Below are positions 1-6,866 of a stretch of 32,000 nt of DNA, piece after piece; within the stretch, counting starts at the first letter, position 1, and each line of letters begins with the position of its first letter. The translations under genes were made by a program, and so were the position numbers. The notes below the pieces were generated by a model that made no database searches, had not been told where the DNA came from, and saw only the letters and a program-made list of their open reading frames with translations. Source of the stretch: Thermofilum pendens Hrk 5 (GTDB lineage: Archaea; Thermoproteota; Thermoprotei; Thermofilales; Thermofilaceae); contig NC_008698.1 of assembly GCF_000015225.1 (NCBI RefSeq), forward strand, positions 1,290,001-1,322,000, given 5' to 3'.

Positions 1-2
1 TC

Positions 3-185
3 GTTGTTGAGCGCGAGGTTTCGGATAGCGAGAGGTTCGCGCTGAGGAGTGTGGGGGACGTGGATGTAGAGGTCACGGTTGTCTCAAGGAGGGAGCTCGA
101 GGAGGCGGTGGCCGCCGGGAACCCTTTCTACGCGGAGGCTTTCGAGAGGGGTGTGAGGGTTTACAGCTCGAAGGCTTCCCGGTAG
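3..185 (+). CDS. 3' end of a nucleotidyltransferase-like gene (5' part outside window)
   Basis: Frame 3 is open from the window edge to TAG 183-185. The translation ...SVGDVDVEVTVVSRRELEEAVAAGNPFYAEAFERGVRVYSSKASR resembles C-termini of small archaeal MNT-type nucleotidyltransferases. This is motif-level recall only. Confidence 0.3.
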   Translation, partial: VVEREVSDSERFALRSVGDVDVEVTVVSRRELEEAVAAGNPFYAEAFERGVRVYSSKASR

Positions 186-229
186 CGGTGGCTGGTGTAC
201 GCGATGGTTTTAAGTGTGGGTGTACGCGT

Positions 230-439
230 ATGTTCTCGGTGCGTTGCTGGTGGAGGGGCGTGACTGTCTCTTTTAGGATTCCGGGGGAGCTTAAGAGGCG
301 TATGGATGAGCTTGGAGGCCGCGTTGACTGGGGTGAGGAGGTGAGGAGGTTTCTAGAGAGGAGGGTTGAGGAGCTTGAGCAAGCGAAGGCTGTAGAGGAT
401 TTAGAGAAGGTTATCGCTTCTCTTCCCCCCGGCGCCTAG
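230..439 (+). CDS. Ribbon-helix-helix (VapB-type) antitoxin-like protein, 3' end apparently disrupted
   Basis: Lies in ORF 188-439; the likely start is ATG 230 or GTG 260. VTVSFRIPGELKRRMDELGGRVDWGEEVRRFLERRVEELE fits the strand-helix-helix pattern of RHH antitoxins. The ORF stops at TAG 437-439, but a typical tail (GTAAKYVREDREDG*) continues in another frame at 441-485. That tail overlaps an ATG-GTT-GAT-GCC (MVDA...) PIN-like start at 478. Confidence 0.45.
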   Translation: MFSVRCWWRGVTVSFRIPGELKRRMDELGGRVDWGEEVRRFLERRVEELEQAKAVEDLEKVIASLPPGA

Positions 440-628
440 CGGGACCGCCGCTAAGTACGTTAGGGAGGACCGCGAGGATGGTTGATGCCGAGGGTGGAGT
501 GTCGGCTGTTCGCGTTGGGGTTGAGCGCGGATCTGCTCGTGGAATGTTTTGAGCTCATCGGTTAAGGGCTGAACGTTTACCACCGATTACTATTCGTTTT
601 CGATTCTTGATCGTCCGCCCCGAAAGCC

Positions 629-636
629 TTATTTAA
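629..636 (+). promoter_or_regulatory. TATA-like box (TTATTTAA) for csx1
   Basis: An AT-rich octamer lies about 30 nt upstream of the GTG start at 666, in otherwise GC-rich DNA. The spacing fits an archaeal leaderless transcript. Confidence 0.35.
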
Positions 637-665
637 CTTTTTGCACAGTAATTCCTGGATGCCCC

Positions 666-2273
666 GTGTCCAGGGTTTTGGTCGTCGCTACGTGGGGCTT
701 CCCGGGTAACTGGCTCAAAGAGCGGTACTCGGCCGCTGTTCCGCCGGCCAACGTCGATAAGTGGCATAGGTTGAGCGAGTGGAGCATTGGAGGCTACGTG
801 GAGGCCCACAGCCCTACTCCCGTGGAGGCGAAGGCTTTGAGCGAGATGGGCTTCGACGTGGGGGTCGTCGTCTACGCTCTTGACTCTCTGTCCGCTGTTC
901 CGAGATTGAGCGTTCCCTCCGACGACGACGTCAGGGGGAAGCTTGTAGAGGAGCTGAACAAATACGTCGACGGGTGGTTGAACAAGGACCCGGAGGGTTA
1001 CGGGGAGGTTCGCGGGAGGGCCGAGAAGGTTGCCGGGCTTTTCGTCTCCGGTTACTTCGGGGAGGTTGGGTTCCCGCTCGACAAGGTTTCCACGGTTGTT
1101 CTGCCGGGTACGGGTGTGTACGCGCTGGGCCCCGGTAGTAAGGGTAAGAGGTACGTGTTTAGGGGGTCGCCGCAGAACGCGGCTGTCGCGATGGAGCTGG
1201 ACCTGCTCGAGAGGGTCGACGCCTTCAAGCCGGACGCCGTTGTCTTCGACTCTACGCACGGGATAAACTACCTGCCCATAGTCGCGAAGAGGGTTGTCGA
1301 GAGGGTGGCTAGGGTTTACAGCGCGCTTGAGGGGAGGAAGGTCTGCGTCGCCACCGTTCAGAGCGATACTCCGGCGGGCGGCCTCGCGGGCTTGGAGCTG
1401 GGCGTCATGGTTGTCGACGTGAAGGTGTTCAGCGCCTCGCCCAGGGAGGTCTTGGAGGAGTTGCTCCCGCACTTCGACTCGGAGCCTTACAGGATGCTCA
1501 AGAAGGATGAGAAGGTCAAGCCGCCGGATAGCCTTAAAGAGCTGAGGAAGGAGTTCGGGGAGCTGAAGGAGGTTAAACCGCTGGCGAAGGCCTTGGTGGA
1601 GCTCGCCGGCTACGGCTTAACGCTTTACCTGTGCTCGAAGGTGAGGGAGCTCGCCGGCGGGGATTTCTCCTCGATGGCCGGGAGGCTTTTAGAGAGGGTC
1701 AGAGGGGCGCTCTACGAGAGGGACGTCGCCTCCGGTGGCGAGGTGCGCGTGGAGCATGTCTACGCGTTCAGCGACTCCGTGCCGGGCGTCTTGGAGGCTG
1801 TCTACGTGCTTGGACGCGTGGTCCCGAGGCTGGCGGAGCTGTGCGGGGTGGACGAGCAGGGGTTCATGGGGGTTGACAGGCTCTTGGAGGTGGGGAGGTC
1901 CCTCGGGCTTACGAGGCTCGGCGAGAGGTTGCTGGGCTACGAGGTGAGCGACGTTAAGAGGAGGGTTTCGGCGGCGAGGGATGCTGGGATAGAGCTTGAG
2001 GGGAGGGTTGTGCCCTACGCGGCTGTGTACGACGCTGTGGAGGGCCTGCTCCGCAAGGAGGGTGTCGGGGACTCGGTTAGGAGGGAGGCTGTGGAGAAGT
2101 TTAAGGAGATCCTCGGGAGAGGGGTTAAGTGCGACGTGGACGCGAGGAACTTCTACGCTCACGCGGGCCTGGAGAGGAACGTCGTGGAGGTCAAGGTGCA
2201 GGGTGGGAGCGTCTACGTGAGGTACAGGGAGGAGTGCATGGAGAACGTGAGAAGCGTTGTGGAGAAGGGTTGA
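666..2273 (+). CDS. csx1: Csx1-family CARF-HEPN protein (DxTHG family), predicted cOA-activated RNase
   Basis: 535-aa ORF with a GTG start. The N-terminus VLVVATWGFP looks like CARF beta1. The DxTHG motif FDSTHG is at residues 194-199 (nt 1248-1262 encode DSTHG). A C-terminal R-N-F-Y-A-H-A-G (R494..H499, nt 2145-2162) gives the Rx4H HEPN motif seen in Csx1/Csm6. Confidence 0.8.
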   Translation: MSRVLVVATWGFPGNWLKERYSAAVPPANVDKWHRLSEWSIGGYVEAHSPTPVEAKALSEMGFDVGVVVYALDSLSAVPRLSVPSDDDVRGKLVEELNKYVDGWLNKDPEGYGEVRGRAEKVAGLFVSGYFGEVGFPLDKVSTVVLPGTGVYALGPGSKGKRYVFRGSPQNAAVAMELDLLERVDAFKPDAVVFDSTHGINYLPIVAKRVVERVARVYSALEGRKVCVATVQSDTPAGGLAGLELGVMVVDVKVFSASPREVLEELLPHFDSEPYRMLKKDEKVKPPDSLKELRKEFGELKEVKPLAKALVELAGYGLTLYLCSKVRELAGGDFSSMAGRLLERVRGALYERDVASGGEVRVEHVYAFSDSVPGVLEAVYVLGRVVPRLAELCGVDEQGFMGVDRLLEVGRSLGLTRLGERLLGYEVSDVKRRVSAARDAGIELEGRVVPYAAVYDAVEGLLRKEGVGDSVRREAVEKFKEILGRGVKCDVDARNFYAHAGLERNVVEVKVQGGSVYVRYREECMENVRSVVEKG

Positions 2274-2285
2274 GCGCGCTGGGCG

Positions 2286-2732
2286 CTACGCTTCCACCTC
2301 ATCCAGGAACTTTACTCCGGCTTTCCTGAGGGCTTCGAGGACGGGTATCATCTCCTTTTCGGGCGCCCTGAAGAGGGGGGTGGCGTCTAGGGCTTGGGCT
2401 GTCGCTATCGTGTAGCAGTCTGGTAGCGCTATTCGAAGCCTCTTCTTCAGCTCCCCGGCCCTCACGGCTACGTCTTCGTCTGCGGCTACTGGGGTCGCCC
2501 TGGCGGTGACCCAGTCTATGAACTCTAGGGCTTTCTCGTTCGGGTCTTCGACGCCGGCGGCGCCGTATATCCTTGAGGCGACGTAGAGCGCTTCGCTCAG
2601 CGTGACTACGCTGACGTAGAGCTTGAGCCTTCCCCTCGCCGCCTCGCCGAAGAGCTTCTCGACCCTGGGCCTGTAGGGGGCCCTCGCGACTATGTACTCC
2701 GCCAGTACCCCGGTGTCAAGGACTGCCCTCAG
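2286..2732 (-). CDS. vapC: PIN-domain toxin (VapC-like); intact reading frame but no canonical start codon
   Basis: My own translation of the minus strand gives 148 codons without a stop. It reads LRAVLDTGVLAEYIVARAPY...LKLYVSVVTLSEALYV...LPDCYTIATAQALDATPLF...KFLDEVEA*, ending at TAG 2288-2286. This is a PIN-like pattern with conserved acidic positions. It overlaps the vapB stop by 17 nt. The frame has no ATG/GTG/TTG near the N-terminus, which is why it is missing from the ORF track; CTG at 2732-2730 is the only near-cognate codon. Confidence 0.55.
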   Translation of the reverse strand: MRAVLDTGVLAEYIVARAPYRPRVEKLFGEAARGRLKLYVSVVTLSEALYVASRIYGAAGVEDPNEKALEFIDWVTARATPVAADEDVAVRAGELKKRLRIALPDCYTIATAQALDATPLFRAPEKEMIPVLEALRKAGVKFLDEVEA

Positions 2733-2961
2733 CGCCGCCCACCCCGGCGCCCTCCTCCAGCTCGTACTCCTCGCGTAGTAGCTTCTCGACGAGGGAGGGG
2801 TCGACGTCCACGACCGTCGGCCTCAGCGGCTTCAGGACTATCGCTCCCCCCGCTACCTCGGCGTAGACCTCGTCCCCCTCGCTTATGCCGGCGGCTTCCC
2901 TCAGCTTCTTGGGCAGTATGACGACGCCCTTCCTGCGGACCCTGAGCACGGCTTTCATCAC
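2716..2961 (-). CDS. vapB: AbrB/SpoVT-type antitoxin (VapB)
   Basis: 81-aa ORF. MMKAVLRVRRKGVVILPKKLREAAGISEGDEVYAEV is the looped-hinge-helix signature of AbrB-fold antitoxins. It lies directly upstream of, and overlaps, the PIN ORF. Confidence 0.8.
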   Translation of the reverse strand: MMKAVLRVRRKGVVILPKKLREAAGISEGDEVYAEVAGGAIVLKPLRPTVVDVDPSLVEKLLREEYELEEGAGVGGAEGSP

Positions 2962-2979
2962 GGTTACCCATGCTTACAC

Positions 2980-3005
2980 GGTTAAACCCGGATAAAAGTT
3001 TAACC
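2980..3005. promoter_or_regulatory. Inverted repeat GGTTAAAC-N10-GTTTAACC in the vapBC promoter (putative autoregulatory operator)
   Basis: Perfect 8-bp arms at 2980-2987 and 2998-3005 flank an A/T-rich core (GGATAAAAG, read as CTTTTATCC on the minus strand). The element lies about 20-45 nt upstream of the vapB ATG at 2961. A related half-site GGTTAC is at 2962-2967. Confidence 0.4.
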
Positions 3006-3046
3006 ATCGTCAACTGTCGACCCCGAGCTTTTTAAGCCGGGCGCCG

Positions 3047-3496
3047 TTGCTTTCCGTGTTGCCGCGGGAGGTGGAGGAGAGGGTTCGGGAGGTTTGCGGC
3101 GAGCTGAGGAGGAGGGGCTTCGACTGCGACGTCTCGCCGGAGGAGTTCGCCGCGTACATGGAGGCCGACACCTACACCGGGGACAGGGCGGGGCTGTGGG
3201 GCGTCGTGGGCAACAGGTACCTCTTGATCCACGAGCTCGCGGAGATAAGTGCGCTCAAGAGGATGGGGTACAGGGTCGACCGGGGCGTCTTGAGGAGGGC
3301 CTACCCGGACTCCTACAGGGCCCACCTGGAGGCTATGGACGTCGAGCTGAGGGTCGCCGCTGAGGAGGGGGACCTCGGGTGGGTGGAGGCTAGGCTGAGG
3401 GACCTGGCCGGCTACCTCTCGGACCCCCTCCTGCCCGAGGGGCTCGCGGAGGAGGTGGGGCGCCTGCTCCGCAAGTACTCGGGCTACGTGCGCTAG
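3047..3496 (+). CDS. Hypothetical protein (149 aa)
   Basis: ORF with a TTG start at 3047; GTG 3056 is an alternative. A TATA-like TTTTAAG lies at 3030-3036. Composition is coding-like and no family was recognised. It contains LLIHELAEISALKRMG, an HExxE motif rather than canonical HExxH. It sits immediately upstream of the CARF gene. Confidence 0.5.
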   Translation: MLSVLPREVEERVREVCGELRRRGFDCDVSPEEFAAYMEADTYTGDRAGLWGVVGNRYLLIHELAEISALKRMGYRVDRGVLRRAYPDSYRAHLEAMDVELRVAAEEGDLGWVEARLRDLAGYLSDPLLPEGLAEEVGRLLRKYSGYVR

Positions 3497-3528
3497 GTTT
3501 ATCTACTCCGGGTTTTTTCCTGGAGCGT

Positions 3529-4374
3529 ATGGCGGGGGTGCTCGTAGTCTCCACGGTGGGTACGAGCATACTGGGCAACGTGGAGACCAAGTGGCTGGAC
3601 AGGGTCCCCGAGAAGTACCGCGGCCTCGTCAAGGGTTCTTCGAGGCTCAGCGTCACGGACGAGAGGCAGAGGGAGTTCGAGGCGAGGGCCCACCCCGGCG
3701 ACGAGCTCTTCGACGCCGTCTACAGGGTCCTGGAGGCTAGCCCCAGGGAGGCTAGCGCCGAGCTTAACGCTCTGCTAGGCTTCCTGGAGAGGAGGAAGGG
3801 TAGCCTTGCGGGCGCGGACGTCGAGCTCATGTTCTACTCGACCGACACTGGTACGGGGTACTTCTGCGCCAGGCTCGTCGAGAGGTACGCGAGGGAGAGG
3901 CTCCGGGGGGCGCTGGGCGGGGCGAGGGTCCAGGTCCAGGAGCCCGTGAAGCTGAAGAAGTTCGGGTGGGGCTACGAGTACTTCCACGAGGCCCTCCTCG
4001 ACATGGTGGACAAGGCGGCTAGGCTGATGGCGAACAAGAAGAGGAGCGGGTACAGGGTCTACGTTAACGCTACGGCTGGCTTCAAGGTGGAGGCGGCGTA
4101 CCTGACGCTGGTCTCGCTACTCGTAGGCGCGGACTCCGTGTTCTACGTGCACGAGGCTACGAGGGACGTCATCGAGCTACCCGTGCTACCCCTCGGCTTG
4201 AAGGCGAAATACGCCGATGCCTTGCGGGAGCTGAGGGAGCCCACCCCCAGGGGCGCCCTGGAGAGGAGGGGCGTAAGCGTGGAGGAGCTCGAGGAGAAGG
4301 GCCTCGTCGAGGTCAGGGACGGGCTGGTAGTTGCGAGGGAGTGGGTCAGGAAGCTCCTCGAGCTAGTCGAGTAG
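3529..4374 (+). CDS. CARF-domain protein (APE2256/Csm6-N-terminal type) with a short C-terminal helical/wHTH-like extension
   Basis: 281-aa ORF with an ATG start and a TATA-like GTTTATCT about 27 nt upstream. The N-terminus VLVVSTVGTSILGN and the later VYVNATAGFKVEAAY match the two CARF ligand-pocket motifs (xTxGTS and NxTxGxK). There is no HEPN Rx4-6H motif. The C-terminal ~60 aa (RGALERRGVSVEELEEKGLVEVRDGLVV) look wHTH-like, which is inference. Confidence 0.7.
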   Translation: MAGVLVVSTVGTSILGNVETKWLDRVPEKYRGLVKGSSRLSVTDERQREFEARAHPGDELFDAVYRVLEASPREASAELNALLGFLERRKGSLAGADVELMFYSTDTGTGYFCARLVERYARERLRGALGGARVQVQEPVKLKKFGWGYEYFHEALLDMVDKAARLMANKKRSGYRVYVNATAGFKVEAAYLTLVSLLVGADSVFYVHEATRDVIELPVLPLGLKAKYADALRELREPTPRGALERRGVSVEELEEKGLVEVRDGLVVAREWVRKLLELVE

Positions 4375-4445
4375 GAGCGTTGCCGCGCCGCGGCCCGGCG
4401 CCGGGTGTCCGTAAAGGTTTTTAGGCTTGCCGAGGTCTAGTCTCG

Positions 4446-5411
4446 ATGGCCTCCAGCCTTAAAGGCGAGATGCTCAGGCTGCTCAGGGAGGACGAGGAGT
4501 TTAGGTACGCGGTAGTGGGGCTTCTGGGGCTCGAGGATCTAAGGGCGGAGTTGAAGGGGTTGAGGGAGGCTGTCGAGAGGCTAGTGGAGGCACACGCGAG
4601 GGCCGAGGAGAGGCTGTCCAGGCTAGAGGCGGCGGTGGCCGGGCTCGGGGAGGCTGTTTCCAGGCACAGCGAGGCTATCGCTAGGCTAGAAGTAGCCGTA
4701 GCCAGGCACGACGAGGCAGTAGCTAGGCTGGAGGCGGCTGTAGCTAGGCTGGCGGAGGCTCAGGCGAAATCCGAGGAGAGGCTTGCCAGGCTGGAGGAGG
4801 CTGTGGCTAGGCAAAGCGAGAGCATAGCGAAGCTGGAGGCGGCAGTGTCTAAGCACAGCGAGGTAATAGCCAGGCTGGAGGCGGCAGTAGCCAAGCACGA
4901 TGAGACGATAGCTAGGCTAGAGAAGGCCGTAGCCAAGCACGACGAGTCCATCGCTAGGCTGGAGAAGGCTATAGCTAGGCACGACGAGGCAATAGCTAGG
5001 CTCGAGGAGGCTGTGAGGGGGCTTGCCGCGCAGGTCGGCAGGCTCAGCGAGGCAATCGGCTTCGGGCTGGAGGACGTGGCGGCCCTCATGGTCCCGGGCT
5101 GGCTGTACAGGCACCTGGGCGTGGAGGTGGAGCTGGGCAGGGGCGTCGTGAGGGTGGACGGGGAGGAGGTGGAGGTCGACCTGTACGGGGAGGGGACCAG
5201 GGAGGGGAGGAGGGTCTTGGTCGTAGGCGAGGTGAAGGCGAGGATTTACAGGGACGACGTGGACAAGTTCTACCAGAGGGTCTACGCGAGGCTCGCCGGG
5301 AGGGAGGCGGGGGAGGTCCTGGGGGTTCTGTTCGGCTTCTTCGTGCACCCAGCCGCCGACGAGAGAGCCCGGGAGCTAGGGCTCTACGCGCTCGCACCTT
5401 ACAAGCGCTGA
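4446..5411 (+). CDS. Coiled-coil protein with a C-terminal PD-(D/E)xK-like domain (paralog of 23241-23969)
   Basis: 321-aa ORF with ATG start and a TATA-like element at about 4414-4425. There is an N-terminal box MLRLLREDEEFRYAVVGLLGL, then about 150 aa of heptad/14-mer repeats. The C-terminus reads GEEVEVDLYGEG...RRVLVVGEVKARIYRDDVDKF, which fits a D...(D/E)xK nuclease-core pattern. Confidence 0.75.
   Translation: MASSLKGEMLRLLREDEEFRYAVVGLLGLEDLRAELKGLREAVERLVEAHARAEERLSRLEAAVAGLGEAVSRHSEAIARLEVAVARHDEAVARLEAAVARLAEAQAKSEERLARLEEAVARQSESIAKLEAAVSKHSEVIARLEAAVAKHDETIARLEKAVAKHDESIARLEKAIARHDEAIARLEEAVRGLAAQVGRLSEAIGFGLEDVAALMVPGWLYRHLGVEVELGRGVVRVDGEEVEVDLYGEGTREGRRVLVVGEVKARIYRDDVDKFYQRVYARLAGREAGEVLGVLFGFFVHPAADERARELGLYALAPYKR
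4617..5057 (+). repeat. In-frame tandem repeat (21/42-bp period) encoding ARLEAAVA(K/R)HDExI units
   Basis: Residues 58-204 are built from alternating heptads ARLEAAV / A(K/R)H(D/S)ExI. Five near-identical 42-bp units occupy 4785-4994. The repeats also generate spurious antisense ORFs (4686-4898, 4760-5089). Confidence 0.85.
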
Positions 5412-5458
5412 GACTGTGCTCCCGCGCGATGCGAAGAGGGGTTGGTGCGCTGGTCTCT

Positions 5459-6478
5459 TCACACGCCAAGTATCTTCTTCAGAATCTCTCTATACGAGGG
5501 TATTTGCCATGCATAGTACTCCCCTATGCCGATCTCCTTGTCTGGCTTCACATCCTCCCTCGCTATCGTCGGCATTCCTTTGTATATGATTAGATTGCGT
5601 CTTAACAGTATCCTCTCCGCCTCTCCCATCTCTACAGACGCCCTATGCCATATGTTGTCGGGGTCTTCGATAATCAGCTTAACTTGCTCCACGAGCCCTC
5701 TGCCTCTAACCTCCTTGGCTACTGAAACCAGCCTTGCGGTTGCATCCTTGATCATGTCGTCTATGCTCCACCCATACGTTACCTTAAGCTCTACCAGCTT
5801 CCCAGGGTTTCCACCCAGCAATCTCCAAACAGTTTCGAAGTCTATGCTACTTGGTGGGTTAAGCTCTTCGAACAGCTCCTCGAAACCCCTTTTATCAAGG
5901 TTCCATAGGAGAGCTATGTACGAGTGCCTATGTCTCAGTACAAGGTTTAGGCTTTCCCCCTCAGACGTTGTAACAGCCATGTTTATAGCTCTTGGCTTGT
6001 ATTCCTCGTAGAGCTTCCACATAGCTTCGTAGAGCCACTTAACATACAGCTCGATCTGGTCGAGCCCAACGGCTTTTGCAACATCGTCAACCGCTATGAG
6101 TATGTAGCTTTCCTCCAGCTTTCTCTTCGTAAGAGCTTTTTCAACGAGAGTTACGATGGATTCTGCTAGCGCTCTCCCAACCGCGAGACCCGAGAACCTC
6201 TCAACAAGGCTTAGAAGAGTCTCAGTTGCTATTCTCACAGACTTCGATGAGAGAAAAGCCTTTGACAGCGACTCTCTCTCCAAAGCATCGATGTATATAG
6301 CTATAGCGTCTTCACCGAAGAACTCCTCAAACCTAGAAACAAACTCTTTTAGGAGCCTCGTCTTCCCGCAGCCTTCGGGACCATAGAGATAGATGGGGGT
6401 AGCTCTCTGGGATGAGCACCAAGACCTTAGAGAATCGATCTCCTTGACACGGTTAACAAACCTCACATAAAAAGACAT
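5459..6478 (-). CDS. Archaeal-type AAA/STAND-like ATPase (Arch_ATPase-like), on a low-GC island
   Basis: ORF 5459-6496. ATG 6478 (MSFYVRFVNR...) is preceded by GAGGGG; the TTG at 6496 is an alternative. FVNRVKEIDSL...IYLYGPEGCGKTRLL provides Walker A, and ILIAVDDV provides Walker B. This is the typical N-terminal layout of the archaeal ATPase family. GC content and codon usage are clearly lower than in the neighbouring genes. Confidence 0.75.
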   Translation of the reverse strand: MSFYVRFVNRVKEIDSLRSWCSSQRATPIYLYGPEGCGKTRLLKEFVSRFEEFFGEDAIAIYIDALERESLSKAFLSSKSVRIATETLLSLVERFSGLAVGRALAESIVTLVEKALTKRKLEESYILIAVDDVAKAVGLDQIELYVKWLYEAMWKLYEEYKPRAINMAVTTSEGESLNLVLRHRHSYIALLWNLDKRGFEELFEELNPPSSIDFETVWRLLGGNPGKLVELKVTYGWSIDDMIKDATARLVSVAKEVRGRGLVEQVKLIIEDPDNIWHRASVEMGEAERILLRRNLIIYKGMPTIAREDVKPDKEIGIGEYYAWQIPSYREILKKILGV

Positions 6479-6695
6479 TTTTACGCCCCTCTGCAACCAC
6501 CCGCCTCAGCACCTGTTTAGCATCAATTTATTTCAACGCTTAAAGCTTTTACCGTTGGCTTTTGTTTTCACTGCAAATAGAAGCCTTGCTCCCTAAGGCG
6601 AGGAGGGGGTCAGAGATGCTTACTAGCAACCATTCCCAGCTCTTTGTAAAGCGCGGCTCGAGCACCGGTACGCATAGGAGGATCGGGGGGTTGAC

Positions 6696-6866
6696 GTGTG
6701 GAGGGTTGTTGAGGAGGCTTTGAGGAAGGCTGTCGAGGAGGAGAAGCTGAGGAGGGTCGAGGAGGCTCTGAGAGGCTTCGCTGAGAGCATGGGCGATCTT
6801 CCGGTCGAGGAGTGGGTGGAGGTCGTGAAGGCTTCCAGGAGGGGCAGGATTCCCGGTGCTCGTTGA
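6696..6866 (+). pseudogene. 5'-truncated RHH/VapB-type antitoxin remnant
   Basis: From GTG 6696 the frame reads VWRVVEEALRKAVEEEKLRRVEEALRGFAESMGDLPVEEWVEVVKASRRGRIPGAR*. This corresponds to the helix-2 and C-terminal part of the same antitoxin family as 230-439. The N-terminal beta-strand part is missing, and an in-frame TAG sits at 6675-6677. The remnant overlaps the downstream PIN start. Confidence 0.35.

Noticed and set aside
633-1472. 279-aa minus-strand ORF antisense to csx1
   Set aside because: This is a typical high-GC shadow ORF. It is Arg/Pro/Gly/Leu-rich with no recognisable motifs, and it is fully overlapped by a plus-strand gene carrying clear Csx1 motifs.
4686-5089. Antisense ORFs (70 and 109 aa) with repetitive Ser/Leu/Ala peptides
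   Set aside because: These are artefacts of the 42-bp tandem repeat read on the opposite strand.
5086-5469. 127-aa Pro/Arg-rich minus-strand ORF overlapping the 3' end of 4446-5411
   Set aside because: The composition is extremely low-complexity (PPPP and RRR runs), and it is antisense to a supported gene.
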